Of a stretch of DNA of 64,000 nucleotides, positions 11,715 to 25,140 are shown piece after piece. Where the stretch lies: positions 9,114,001 through 9,178,000 of the forward strand of contig NC_086108.1 of NCBI RefSeq assembly GCF_963921235.1, in the 5' to 3' direction. The first letter of the stretch is position 1. Each line of letters begins with the position of its first letter. Below the pieces are notes generated by a model. It was not told where the DNA came from and did not search any database. It saw nothing but the letters and a program-made list of their open reading frames with translations. This DNA is from Mobula hypostoma. Its lineage: Eukaryota. Made by a program: the position numbers and the translations under genes.

Positions 11715-12959
11715 ATTTATTGCTTATTTATTATAATAATTATTTCTTTTTGTATTTGCAGTTTGTCGCCTTTTGCAGTCCATGTTGGTGCAGTCTCTCA
11801 TTGATCCTGTTATAGATATTATTCTACAGATTTATTGCGTATGCCCACAGGAAATGAATCTCAGGGTTGTATCTGGTGACATACATGAACTTTGATGATA
11901 AATTTACTTTGAACTTTGAATGTTACGAGCTTGCCAGTGATACTCACGTGCGGAGAACCAAATAACATTCACGAGGCAGAAGCAATGCCTTCTTGAAACA
12001 CAGGGTGCCACAGTTATGCAGCCATTAGTGCAACATAGGAATGTGGAGTTTAATTCAGACACTGTAAGGAGTTTGTACATCCTCCCCATGACGTGTAGGT
12101 TTCCCTAGGGTTTCGATTTCTCCCACATCCCAACTAGGCGAGGATGTGTGGTTTCGGGGCAGAATCCGGTAGAATTCGATGGGAGTTGTGGAAGAGTAGA
12201 ATTGCCACAAGTGGGATTAGCCAATGGGCGTGCAGACTCAAAGAACAGAAAGGGCGCGAAGCTCTGCTCCACACTTCCCAACGATGACTCTACCCACAAG
12301 CGGGAAAGCACAGGCCTCCTACTCACTAAAGACAGATAAAGGTAACGTGGAACTGCATTCAGATGGCGACTTGCTCATCTTCCAGGATTGCTAAAAAAAA
12401 ACCCCAGCAGATGCTCACACCCATCCAGAGTGTGATTACTAAAGCAGCCAGGCATGCACACTGCCAACTAAATTATCCACCTGGGTGGAACTGATGGTTA
12501 CTTAAAACAAGATTTAAACCACAGGATTCTCAACCAACACACAATTACCAACCAGTCAGCTGAGATTTCTTGGCAACTTTGTTGTGGCGAGGTTAGGACT
12601 GTTGTAAATAACAACTGAAACACGGGGCTGCTGTCGTATCACACCCCAAGACCCTGTAGTTGCATGGACCATGTCAAAGTTCATAAATGCCCATGAATAC
12701 AGCCAAACAAAACAGTGTTCCTCCAGGGTCAAGGTGTAAATCGTGGCACCAACAGGCACACACCCAGCACATATAACTACGACACCAGTCGCACTAAAAT
12801 ATATTCTTGCCCAAGTCTCCGAGTGTCATGTCCTGTAAACTGACGGTGTGTGCCAAGCTGTTGGCAGGAACAAGCCCACAGCAGTCCAATTGTCATGCGC
12901 TCGTGCAGCTACAGACAAATGCAATGCACCCCATCTTAAGTTGGCAGCTCTCAAACGGT

Positions 12960-13320
12960 GAAAGGCCTTGATAGACTGGGAGTGGAGAGGATGTTTCTTA
13001 TAGTGGAAGAGTCTAAGACCAGTGGAAAAGCCTCAGGATAGAGGGGCATCTTCTTAGAACGGAGATGAGGAGGAACTGTTTTAGCTAGAGAGTGGTGAAT
13101 CAGTGGAATTCTTTGCCACAGGAAGCTGTGGAGGCCAAATCTTTATGTATATTTAAGGTCAAGATTGATAGATTTTTGATTAATCAGGGCATGAAGGGAT
13201 ACGGGGAGAAGGCAGGAGATTGGGGCTGAGAGGGAATTGGATCAGCCATGATGAAATGGCAGTGCAGGCTTGATGGGCCAAATGGCCTCATTCTACTCCG
13301 ATATCTTCTGGTCTTACGTG
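12960..13320 (+). mobile_element. CR1 LINE 3' fragment
   Basis: gagatgaggaggaac..agagtggtgaat..tggaattctttgcc CR1 3' signature. Confidence 0.75.
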
Positions 13321-13596
13321 ATGTTGCAAATCTGCCCGATCCCTAAAAATTCAAACCCCGTGAAATTGCCTTGGCACCACACTATACAACCAAGACACCA
13401 TAATGGGCAGCGTGTTACACGACGTGCCCTCACGTGGGTAAAGCAGGCTCTCGTTGGGACACAGATAAGCAGACAACACGAGGGCTGACTCAAAGGTTTA
13501 AAATGGAATCAGCCTTACATTCACAGCCTCAGGCGCCCTCAAAACACTTTACGGCTAAATATGAGTACAAAGGCAGCAGACTAAAATATTTCAAAC

Positions 13597-14380
13597 ATGA
13601 GAAAATGCCAGAAATCCAGGGCAACACACACACACAAAATGCTGGAGGAACTCAGCAGGCCAGGCAGCATCAATGGAGGGGAATAAAAAGCCGATGTTTC
13701 AGGCTGAGAGACTTGACCTGGAGAGGTACAGAAGCCAGAGTAAGAAGGTAGGGGGAGGGGAGGAAGTAGTACAGGGTGGTAGGCAATGGGTGAAACTGGG
13801 AAAGGGTGAGGGGCGAAGTAAAGAACTGGAGAGGGGTGAATCTGATGAGGAGAGGTCAGAAGACCATGGAAGAAAGGGAAGGAGGACCACCACCAGAGGG
13901 ATGTCAACATGTCAGTCCACGGCCTTCTCTACTGCCGCGATGAGCCACACTCAGGTTGGAGGAGCAACAACTTATATTCTGTCTGGGTGGCTTGTAGCCT
14001 TATGGTGTGAACATCGATTTCTCAAAGTTCGGTAATTGCACCCCCACTTCACCACTTCCCATTCCCGTTTCCCTCTGTCACCATATCTCTTGTGCATCAT
14101 TGCCCTCCTCCCTTTCTTCCATAGCCTTCTGTCCTCTCCTATCAGATTTCTACCTTCTCCAGCCCTTCATCTCTCTCACCAATCGACTTCCCAGCTCTCT
14201 ACTTCACCCCTCCCCCAGTTTCACCTATCACCTGCCACCTTAAACCTCCCCCCACCCCCCACATTCTTCATCTGACTTTCAGTCCTGAAGACAGCGTCTC
14301 AGTCCAAGACATAGACTGTTTACTCTTTTCCATAAATGCTGCCTGGTCAGCCAAGTTCCTCCAGCATTTTGTGTGTGACA
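13597..14380. mobile_element. Penelope-like element with inverted pLTR arrangement
   Basis: 13597-13900 is a minus-strand pLTR; 13901-14380 is a plus-strand GIY-YIG end (MSVHGLLYCRDE..LEEQQLIFCLG) plus pLTR ending gttcctccagcattttgtgtgtg. Confidence 0.75.
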
Positions 14381-15034
14381 CCCCAAGATAATTGGTATGT
14401 CAAAGAGTCTAACAAATTTCTATATAGAGCATTCTGACTGGTTGCATCTCCATCTGGTGTGGAGGCTCCAAAGCACATTCTCCTAATCCAGACAGCAACC
14501 TGGTAAATCTCCTCCTTCCCAGAATGTGGTGACCATAACCCCAAGTGTGGTCTCACCAGAGTTTTAGAGCTGCAACATAACCTCACGGCTATCAACTTGT
14601 GCAGCAACTTTGAGGGATCTGTGGCCATGGATCTCAGAATCCTTCTGTTTCTCCACACTGCTAAGAATATTGCCATTAACCCTGTATGCTGTCTGCAGGT
14701 TTGGCCTTACAAAGTGATTCACTCACACTTTTCTGGGTTGGACTCCATCTGCCACTTACAACAGTAAGCCCACGTCTGTCGCCGAGCGACTACAGTGCAC
14801 TGGAACCTCCCAGCGCAAGCTTGCCAATTCTCGCCCTGAAGCCTGAGCAAGTTAATGAGGACAGGAAACTGGGCAGGAAGCACGTTCACACACCAAACTG
14901 CACTCATCGAGGTGAAAGGTCAGCGATGCCAAAAAGGAAGAAAGTAAGAGTGAAATGGTGGGGGGTGGGGGGTGGGGGTGAGGGGGTGTCAAATGGTGAC
15001 AGACCACGGACGAATGCAGCATGGTACGAAACAG

Positions 15035-15862
15035 AACCAGATTTGATATCACCAGCACATGTTGTGAAATTAGTTAACTTTGTGGCAGCAGTACAATGCA
15101 AACATAATCATAGAGGGGAAAAAGCTGAATTACAGTAGTTAAGTTAAATAAGTGCAAAAAATTAGAAATAAAAGAGTAGTGAGGTAGTGTTCATGGGTCC
15201 ATTGTCCATTTAGGAATCGGATGGCAGAGGGGAAGAAGCCGTTCCTGAATTGTTGAGTGTGTGACCTCCTGTACCTCCTCCCTGATGGTAACAGTGAGAA
15301 AAGCGCATGGTCTGGGTGGTGGGGGTCCTTAATGATGGAGGCTGCTTTTTGAGGCAACGCTCTTTGAAGATGTCCTGGATACTATGGAGGCTGGTCCCCA
15401 TGATGGAGATGATTACGTTTATAACTCTCTGAAGCTTACTTCTTACTTCGATCCTGTGCATCAGCACCTCCCCCCCCCCAACACACCATACCACACAGTG
15501 ATGCATCCAGTCAATGTACCTCTGTAGAAATTTGAGTGTGTTTTGAGTGACATACCAAATCTCCTCAAACTCCAAATGAAATATAGCCACTGTCATGCCT
15601 CCTTCATAACTGCATTGATACGTTCGGTCCAGGTTAGGTCCCCAGAGATACTGACACCCAGCAACCTGAAATTTGTCACTCTCTCCACTTGTGCTTCCTC
15701 TATAAGGATTGGCATCTTACCCTTTCCGAAGTCCACAATCAATTTTTTGGTCTTATTGACGAGGAGTGCAAGGTTGTAGCTGCAATACCACTTAACTAGC
15801 TGGTATATCTCGTTCCTGTACGCCCTCTCACTACCATCTGAGACTCTACCAACAACGTTTGC
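15035..15862 (-). mobile_element. Rex1/Babar LINE 3' portion
   Basis: VVGRVSDGSERAYRNEIYQLVKW..NLAL.VNKTKKLIVDFGKG; KAASIIKDPHHPDHALFSLLPSGRRYR. Confidence 0.9.
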
Positions 15863-16363
15863 ACAGGCATATGCTCCAGCAGTGACGGGCCACAGAATGC
15901 CAGCTCTTCGAGGTGGCAAAGTGACTCCAATATGATGAAGGAACGTGATGTATATGGGGGGGAGAGCGGGAATGTTTCAGGTGGGCTGGGGAAGGGTATG
16001 TCTTAATTTCACGCACTTTTGCTGGGCAGAGGATTTGGCAGCTTCAATGGCATGATATAACAGAGGGTGAGGCCATTCAGCCCACTGGTTTTGTGCTACC
16101 CCTGCTGAAGAGGACTGCGTGGTAGCATTACAGTGCCAGCGACCCAGGTCGATTCCTGCTGATGAGTGCAAGGCGTTTGTATGTTCTCCCCATGACTGCA
16201 TGGGTTTCCCCTGGTTGCTCCGCTTTGCTCCCTCATTCCAAAGGCCTACAGGTTAGGGTCAGGAAGTAGTGGGTACACTACATGGCAACACTTGTAGGAT
16301 TCTCCCAGCACTCCCTGGGACTGTGGTGGACAACCAACACATTTCACTGTGTGTTTCACTGTA

Positions 16364-16884
16364 CACTACTGTACAAAAGGCTTAGGCACATATATAACTA
16401 GAGTGTCAAAACTTCTGCACAGCACTGTGATTGTCAAACGCACAGTGAGTTTGTAAATCTAGTGGCAGCAAAGGATGTTGGGAATGGTGAGGGTGGAGAA
16501 CTGCTGGACAGGTGGCTGAGAAGGAGTGCTGGGGGGGGGGGGGAGATGGTAAGGATGGTGCAGGTGTAGACACACCCAGCCCCGAGAAACCAGGCAAGCT
16601 CTTTTGATTCTAAACAGTTGGCTTATTGATCATTACAAAAGGTCTCTCTGGTGCTTCCCGCTCCCTCCCCTCTCTTTTCCCCTTTTCTCAACCATAATTC
16701 CTCCCTCCCTGCCCCCTTCCCACTCTATCAGAATAAGGGTTATCATCACTCACATATGTCATGAAGTTTGTGGGTTTTTTTTGCAACAGCAGTATAGTGC
16801 AATACACAAAATCAGTACAGTACTGTGTAAAAGTCTTAGGCACCCTGTCTATATGTACATGCTCAAGAATTTTGCACAGTACTG
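16364..16884. mobile_element. Complete Tc1-type composite MITE with hairpin ends
   Basis: TA-flanked; hairpins at 16364-16427 and 16818-16884, each of the form CAGTACTGTGCAAAAGTCTTAGGCAC..TTTTGCACAGTACTG; extra degenerate end at about 16935-17000. Confidence 0.7.
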
Positions 16885-18749
16885 TATGCTGTGAAATTTT
16901 GTGGCAGCAATACAGTGCATACACAAGATTACTACAGAACAGCGGGAAGTCTTGGACACACGAGCTATACATACGTGCCAAGATTTTTTGCATAGTACTA
17001 TCCATTTGACAAATTAAGCCAATCTAAACTTCAAAAAAATGTGGAAAGGTGGAGGAGTACGGCTGAGTTTGGTGTCGGTGCGTGGCCACAAACACCTGCG
17101 CTCTGAACCACATGCACCGAGATTTGGAGACTTACATTAAAGTATACTATGAGAACAAAATCTGTACGCACATGCTCTTCTGGCGAACGACAACTGGTTT
17201 AGTTACATTCCTTCAGTACAGCACACACACACACACTCTCAGGTGACTGTTGGTCTGAAATCCGATCCTTTTGCTGTTAAGTCTACAGAAACATAATCAA
17301 AGCAAGTCTGACTACCAGGGTGACAGATGGACATGGTTCTGTTCACACACACACAGACGCACAAATGCGCTTTCAAACTGTTCTCAATAAATGCAACAGA
17401 ATGTGAGGGGCGACATGTACGGTGCAGAATATTGTCATATCCCAACATGGAGTGGATACTTTAAGATGAACAGAAAAGACTTTGCAGATGCTGGAAAAGT
17501 AGTGGATGCAGCCCAGTCCATCACGGGTAAAGCCCTCCCAACCATCGAGTGTATCTACATGAAATGGTGTCACAGGAAAGCAGCCTCCATCAACAGAAAT
17601 CCCCACCAGTCTCCTGACAGTCCAGTGCAAATAAGCCAAGTTTGTCCAAACTCACCTTATGCCTAACATTTAATATTAATTTTGGTTTGCAAAAGAGAAT
17701 TCCAGTCTCATCTTCCCTTTCCATACCATGTCCATCAGAAGCCAAGCCCCCCTGACCAGTGAGCACATCTACATGAAATACTGCACAGGAAAGCAGCATT
17801 CATCACTACCCAGGACATGTTCTCATCTCGCTGCTGCCATCAGGAAGATGATACAGGAGCCCCAGACTCGCACCACCAGGTTCAGGAACAGTCAACACCC
17901 TCAACCATCAGGCACTTGAACCCAAGGGAAAAACTTCCCTTGCCCCGTCATTGAAATATTCCCACAACCAACGGACTCACTTTCAGGAACTCTTCATCTC
18001 AAGCTTTCGATACTTGTTGCTTATTTATTTATTATTATTGTTTCTTATTATTATTTGCAGTTTCTTGTCTCCTGCACACTGGTTGAATGCTTTAAGTTGG
18101 GCAATCTTTCATTGATTCTGTTGTGGTTATAATCCTATAGATTTGTTGAGTATGCCCATAAGGAAATGAATCTTATAAATGGTGACATATATGTAATTGA
18201 TAATAAAATTTACCTTGAACTTTGAAATCCACACACAAAATGTTGGAGGAACTCAGCAGGTCAAACAACATTCATGGAGGGGAATACACAGTCCAGATCC
18301 TTTACGTGACTGGAATGGAAGGGGAAAGAAGCCACAACAGTAGAAGGCTGGGGTGACAGGACGGGGAGGGTTACTAGCCCCTCCCCTCCCCTTCCTCCGA
18401 GGTCTCCCAGTAGTCACCTATTTCAGTTTAACTTCCCATTCCACGCTCTTTGCAAACCTGCTGAGGATGCTGCCCGACTTGCTGGGTGTTTCTTTGGCAT
18501 TTTGCACCCGGATACTTTAAGGTACAGCTCCTTCCCTGTTTCCAGCAAAATCGCAGCAGCTCACAAGTCAGAAGCAAGGCCCTGAACCGAGTTCCCACAG
18601 GACAGATGATTCCCAAAGTTCAACAGGTCCATCTTGCTGGTCTCCCGAATACTTGATCATACAGACAGGCTGCTCCAAGGTCAGGTGTGAATAAAGCCCG
18701 TAAGGAGCTTCAGCACCAGGGCACCACTCTCCCAGGTTCAGATGTTCCC

Positions 18750-21270
18750 ACAAACAAGTTTGCTGACGACAGCACTCTTGTGAGCCGCATCGAAGGTTGT
18801 GACAAATCAGCGCATTGGAGTGAGGTTGAAAAGCTGGCTGAGTGGTGCCAGCACAACAACCTCTCACCAAACATCAGCAAAATCTGTCCTGCTGGAGGGG
18901 TTCGGCCCAAAACGTCAACTGTACTTTTTTCTCCCCCATAGATGCTGCCTGGCCTGCTGAGTTCCTCCAGCATTTTGTGTGTGTTGCTAGCAAAACCAAA
19001 GAGCTGATTATCAACTACAGGAGGAAGGTGCCGGAGGCTGGCTCAGGAGCCAGTCCTCACTGGGACACAGGAGGTGGAGAGGGCAGCTTTGAACTCTTTG
19101 TCATCAATATATCAGAGGATCTGTCCTGGCACCATCACAAAGAAAGCATGACAGTGCCCCTTTCTTGTACGCTTGTATAGATTCAGTACGTAACCAAAAA
19201 CTTTGACAAACTTCCACAGATGCACGCGGAGAGTGTCCTGACTGGTTGCATCATAGTCCGGTATGGAAGCACCAATGTCTGGGAACGGGAAAGCCTACAG
19301 AAAGTGGTGGCGATAGACCTGCCCATCATGGGTAAAAAGCCTCCCACTATTTAGTTTTGAACAAACTACAAAAGTTGATTGACACAATAATACACAAATT
19401 ACAACCATCAAATATTTACAAGGCAATGAACAAATTCAAACTAAAATATGATTATTACTGTCTATAATACAGACAATTTCCTGGGGGGCCCATCACCCCC
19501 AGAAATTCCCCACTGTGACCACATGCTCCCTCTCCAAGGAAAGCCGGGCACGAACGTATCCTCAGAAGAGGAGCAGGCAGAGGCCTCGACTTTCTGCCAC
19601 CTAGATCCGGCATCTCAGCCGGGTCTAGCAGCAAGCCCACCAGGACATCTTCCTTGTGACCCACCCCTTTCCACAAACTGGGTCCCCGTATATGAGGAGC
19701 ACGGGACTGAAGTGTAACCAGAACCTTAGCAGCAGTCCCTTCAGATACTCAAACAGGCGCTGCAACCTCTCACCGTCTATCTAAGCGTGGTCCACTGACT
19801 CCTCCCGGCCACAGAATGGACAGCTGGATGGGGTGTCAGTGAACCTGTTGTACGGTACTGCCTGATGCAACACCTTCCACACCAGGTCCCCATGCACAGG
19901 GAAAGGACCCCTGTGTAAAGAGATTTCTACTGGGAACTTCCTCCGCTGCCAGACGGTAAAACAGGCCACCAAGGTGAGTTCGGTCGGCAGACGAAGGCAA
20001 GGAAGCGAAAGGTGTGCAGGAGCAGCCCGTACAAGAAACGTTTGGATTGTCACGGAATGGCATGGTGGGCATCCCTGCAAGGAGGTTCATGTTATGTTGG
20101 ACCCTCTCCCGCGTGGTACCTCAAGGACTGGGTCCAGTGAGCACTTCCGGTCATCAGGTGGAGCACACTTCCCCTCTGGTGCAGGAGCACCCTGTCTGGA
20201 CGAGACTAAACCCTATATCCACAGTAGCTCTCAATAAAACCAAGGCTGCTCCCTCAAAGCAGAGCGGTTGAGGCTTGCCACTGGATGCCGTGTGCCATAT
20301 GCAGGGAATGTCACCAGTGTAGACAGTGCGTCGCCAGCCCATGCCATCTCGGAGGGTGTCACTGTACAGGTATCTCTGCAGAGTCCTGAGGCAGAGAGCC
20401 CCCAGCTGGGTGTGCAAGCACACCAAGGACTGACCGCCTTCTGCCATCGGAATAGTCAGAACCGCTGCGGAGACCCAATACCTCTCATTGCCCCAGAAGT
20501 CGTCCACCAAACTCTTCTGGGTCCTGGAGACAAAAGCAGTGGGTGGGACTACAGTAACCAGTCTGTACCAGATCATGGAGGCAACCAGCTGAATCATTAC
20601 CAACGCTCTTCCCTGGTATGGAATTGCATGAAGGAGGCCTGACCAGCGTCGCAGCTGGGCAGAGATTTTGACTCCAAGACCCACCAGCTTGCCAGTCAGG
20701 CCTCCTCCAAGCTCAGACAGACCCCCAAGTAGAGGAGGTGTGCGCAGTGCTCCACACAAAGGGTACCCTCTCCATCATTGAGTATATTTACTAGGAGAGC
20801 TGCCACAAGTAAGGACCCCTGCCATCCAGGCCATGCTCTCTTCTCACTGTTATGATCAGGCAGGAAATACAGGAACTTTAGATCTCACACCACCAGCTTC
20901 AGGAACAGAGATTACCCCACAACCATCAGGCTCCTGAACCAGTGTGGATAACTTCACTCACCACAATGAGCCTCAGGTCCCACACCACCAGGTTCAGGAA
21001 CAGTTATTACCCCACAACCATCAGGCTCCTGAACCAGTGTGGGTAACTTCACTCACTACTCTGAACTACAGACTCACTTTCAAGGACTCTCTAACCCATG
21101 TTTTCAGTATTATTGTTTATTTGCAGTTTGTCTTCTTTTGCACATAGTTTGTTTGTCAGTCCTTGTCAGTTTAGTTTTTTCAAAAATTCGATTGTATTTT
21201 TCTATCCCCCACCCACCAAGAAAATGAACGTCAAGCTAGTATATGGTAACAAATTTAATTTGAACTCTAA
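18750..21270 (+). mobile_element. Rex1/Babar LINE fragment split by a Penelope piece (about 18885-18985) and the Tx1 insertion
   Basis: NKFADDSTLV..EWCQHNNL; sequence at 19340-19351 resumes at about 20765; 3'UTR to about 21270. Confidence 0.75.
19352..20760 (-). mobile_element. Tx1-clade (L1 group) LINE, degenerate ORF2 C-terminal part
   Basis: GRALVMIQLVASMIWYRL..FWGNERYWVSAAVLTIPMAEGGQSLVCLHTQ..LRTLQRYLY matches the Tx1 ORF2 pattern; zinc-binding DLVWKVLH..CPFCGREESVDH. Confidence 0.85.
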
Positions 21271-22489
21271 ATCCCTCGGTCTCTGTCTCCATGTTCTTGG
21301 GATTCCCTGGGCCATGTGATTTGAACTCATATCTGGATCAACAGTCTAACTTCTGGGCTGGCAAATTCACCACGACCTTGCCATAGTCTTCATTTCTCTG
21401 TTACAGCAGTGTCAATATCTTGGAGGCATCAAAGACCTGGAAGCATGGACCTGAAAGTAATTGGGACAATCTAAGGAGAGGCAGGGGAAAGGGCACTCAC
21501 CCAGGAGGCGGAGGTCAGGAACGAGCTGACAAAGAGTGGGGGGATGACACAAACCCACAACCTGCTCCAGCGGCTTTTGGGTGTGAGCTTTCAGGTATGA
21601 TACCTGCAGGAGCACAAAGCCCAGTGCAAGCTCTTTCCCAGACAGCACAGTTTCAATGGGCTGAACAGCCCCAGTTAACTAACTGGGTGCCCATTTCCAA
21701 GTAACCAAATAGCTGACTCACTATTACAAACATTAATACTACGAGGCTAACTACAGGAGGTTTGAGGTCACTTGGCTTCAAGTGACATGTCCACTTCAAA
21801 GTTCAAGCAAACTTATTCTCAAAGTACATGAATGTCACCATATACAACCTTGAAATTCATTTTCTTGCAGGCATTCACAGTGAATGCAAGAAACACAATA
21901 GAATCAATGGAAGATTGCACCCAGTAGATAGACAACCAGTACACAAAAGACAACATATGTACGTGTGCGTGCGTGCGAGTGAATACACACACACACACAC
22001 ACACACAGGTTTTTTCTCTCTAATTTTATGTATTGCATTGTACTGCTGCCACAAAGATAACAAATTTCAAGACACATGCCCGTGATATTAAACCTCATTC
22101 TGAAGAGTACTTGCAAGTGAGCCCATGGGTTGTGGGAACAGTTCAGTGTTGTGGTGAGTGCAGTTATCTCCTTTGGTTCAACAGCCTGATGGTTGACGGG
22201 TAGTAGCTGTTCCTGAAACCCAACTGGCAAAGTCCTGGTGGAAACCTAATCAGCAAACTGTCCAAGACATCTCAGCCATTGCAAACTGCTTGGGACAGAA
22301 CTCTGGAATTCAACTCACCACCTTCCTCTTTCTCCAGTACAACAGAGCCCTCAGGAATTTCTCTTAAAAACTCACACACAAACCAAAAAGAAAAGCTGCA
22401 ATTACTCAACAGGTCGAGCAGCGTGTAAATAACCCCACCAATGTTTCAGGTCAATGAACCAAAAAGGCTCGCCACTGCCTCCATCCGAA

Positions 22490-23042
22490 CTGTATTTTAC
22501 AGGAGGCCATTGAGAGCAAGCCGACAAGCTGTATCTCTGTCTGGTAGGGGAGCATGGGAGCAGCAGACCAGAAGTCCCTACAAAGAACTGTGAGAACAGC
22601 CGTGAGCATCACAGGGGTCACCCTACCATCCATCGGGGACATTTATCAGGAGCGCTGCATACACAAGGAGCCCATGCACCCATCCATCCTGCATCCTTTC
22701 CACCATCAAACAGGAGACTTTGATGCATCAAGACATGACTGGTGGGAATGGGAGATGGCTCCCCCCCCCCCCTCAGGTCAATAGGCTTCTGAACTCTCTG
22801 CCACACCGCATTCAAAGTGTTATCGGATAATTTGTATTGTACCTCACAAGATTTAATTTATGCACTTTACTGTGTTTATCTATGTGTAATTCACCTGTAG
22901 ATTTCATCTTTACTTTCATAATTTATTGTGTGTTATATGCATGCTAAATGTACTACTGTGCTTTACATCCTGGTCTGGAAAAATTTTTCCTCATTTGGCG
23001 ATATACATGTACGTAGTTAAATGACAATAAACTTGACTTAAC
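22490..23042 (+). mobile_element. Rex1/Babar LINE 3' fragment
   Basis: DQKSLQRTVRTA..ITGVTLPSIGDIY; same 3'UTR subfamily as 4140-4895, 28230-28740 and 44058-44640. Confidence 0.75.
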
Positions 23043-23337
23043 TGTGCTCTCCTTTCATGGAGACCGCACATTTCCAACTTTTGTTTTTAAGTTTCATTTT
23101 AGATTTCCTGAATCTCCAATTTCTTTTTTTTTTGTTTTGCCTTAAAAACTACCATTGACCTAGCTGTCGGTCAGCGGCCCTAACGTGCAGCGATTAAAAG
23201 CAGACTTTGTTTGATTCAGCACCTGGAATTGCCTCCTGTAAGGAATCCTCTTTGTCAACTGGTTTGCTTATTTGTTTATCTATCTATTTATTTGTTTGAG
23301 CCACACTGCTCTGCTGATGTAACCCTAGCCTAATCAT

Positions 23338-23698
23338 GGAACCCTCCCAGAGCGCCACAACCTTGTCATAGGGTTTGGAGGGTTCTGTGCCTTAATGACC
23401 TGGAAAGCCACTGGAGTCAGGGCTTCTTGGCTCTTGGTAGGGTTACCCATGCCAAACAGGTCAGAGGGTAGAGGCCAGACCAAGAGTGTCGGTGTCCACT
23501 GGTCCTCCAGGGTCGGGGTGAACAACCCTCACTGGTCAAACAGCAATCCTTCTTCAATGAAGATGGCATTCCTGGGTATCCGCTCAGGACTTACATGACT
23601 GACGGTAGTGAAAGCAGAAAGGAAGCCCAGAACACAACCAGAGATGGAGGACCTTCATTGCTGCCCTAAATACAAGCAGTATAACAGGCAGCAAGTAA
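23338..23698 (+). mobile_element. RTE-derived non-autonomous retroelement, family A
   Basis: Aligns by eye with 3563-3990. Confidence 0.55.
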
Positions 23699-24783
23699 TC
23701 ACCGAATAATTTACAATGAACCTACTAACCAAGGTACATCTTTGGAGTGTGGGAGGAAACCTACAGTCACAGGGAAAACTGATGGGAAATGAACCCAGGT
23801 CACTGGTACTGTGAAGCGCTGTGCTAACCATTACACTACCGTGCCATCCCACAGTATTCTGTTCTGTTCACTCACCTAGAACTGCTGATGAGACCCGAAA
23901 CCGGCTAATAGAACACACTGGAATTCGAAATAATCCTTCGTTCGGTAAAACTAAACCAGACTCAAATCTCAACTCAAATTCACTCTCCCCATTATCTTAA
24001 TGGTTTACCTCAGAACAGTTGAGTCCTTGATTAGGACCAAGACCATTCAGAGAGAGTCAGCCTGGGATGGGTTTCAGCTGACCACTAGGCGCTGATTGCT
24101 TTGGCTCACCGTAACATATAAGACTGTTTAACAACAGCATAACCTCCAAACCCATTCAACCCTTCCCTATAACTCGGGTCCTCCAGTCCCAACAGTATCT
24201 TTGCAAATGTTCTCTTCACTCTTTCAATCTTATTGATGTCTTTCTTGCAAATGAGTGACCAGAATTGGACACAATACTGCAAATTAACAAATACTCTAAG
24301 TTAACAAATTTCACGACACATGCTGGTGATAGTAAACCTGACTCTGATTCTGAAATGAGGCTTCACCAACATCTTATACAACCTCAGCATTACAGCCCAA
24401 CTCCTGAACTCAATACTTTGAATTATGAAGGTCATTGTGCCAAAAACTCTCCCTAGCCTATTTTCAACAAACTACATATCTGTATTCCCAGACCCCTCTT
24501 GCTCTACTGCACAGTCCTCAGTGCCTCAAAACGCTCCATGTGCAAGACCTACCCTGGGTGGTCTCCCAAAGTGTAACACCTCATGCTTGCCTGCATTTCT
24601 CAGGGTGGTATATGGTGACATACATGAACTTTGATAGTAAATTTACTTTGAACTTTTCCAAATAGTCCAGATTCTGCTGCGACCTCTGCAGAATAAAGTC
24701 ATAACCTATTCACCTTTCCCTCCAACTCAGATCTTCAAATCCCAACAACACCCTTGTAAATTTTCTCTACACTTTTTGAACTG

Positions 24784-25140
24784 GGTGGCAGGACGGAGAT
24801 AATCTCTACCAAAGGAGGTATAAGGGACTCACTCCCTCCGCTAGCCTGCAGGTCACCCTTGGGCAAGGTGTAGTACCCACTTTGCCCCATCCGCCTCGAT
24901 CAGGGTCACGTGAAGCCATGGGAGCCGGTGGTGGATGGCCGTATGAGCAGCCGGTGCGGATCACAAGTCCTGGTTATGTGACCACTGACACCAGGCAGAC
25001 AATCTCTGAAGAGTACTGATAATGGCTGGGGTCACCCATCTTGCAAAGACACTGCCCAGAAGACAATGGCAAACTGCTTCTGTAGAAAAAAAGTGCCAAG
25101 GCCAATCATGGTCCATGTCCACAACATGGCACATAATGAT
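24784..25140 (+). mobile_element. RTE-derived non-autonomous element, family B
   Basis: Contains AATGGCAAACTGCTTCTG..TGCCAAG (degenerate BovB/RTE-like 5'UTR motif); ends GGCACATAATGAT. Confidence 0.75.

Noticed and set aside
14926..14960. MPKRKKVRVK NLS-like peptide
   Set aside because: Purine-rich chance match in an ORF spanning repeat fragments
23886..23910. Hammerhead-like CTGATGAGACCCGAAACCGG
   Set aside because: Stem II has only 1 bp, there is no UH cleavage site after CCGG, and no clear stem I
25007..25060. CTGAAGAG in RTE family B as a hammerhead core
   Set aside because: No GAAA follows a stem II
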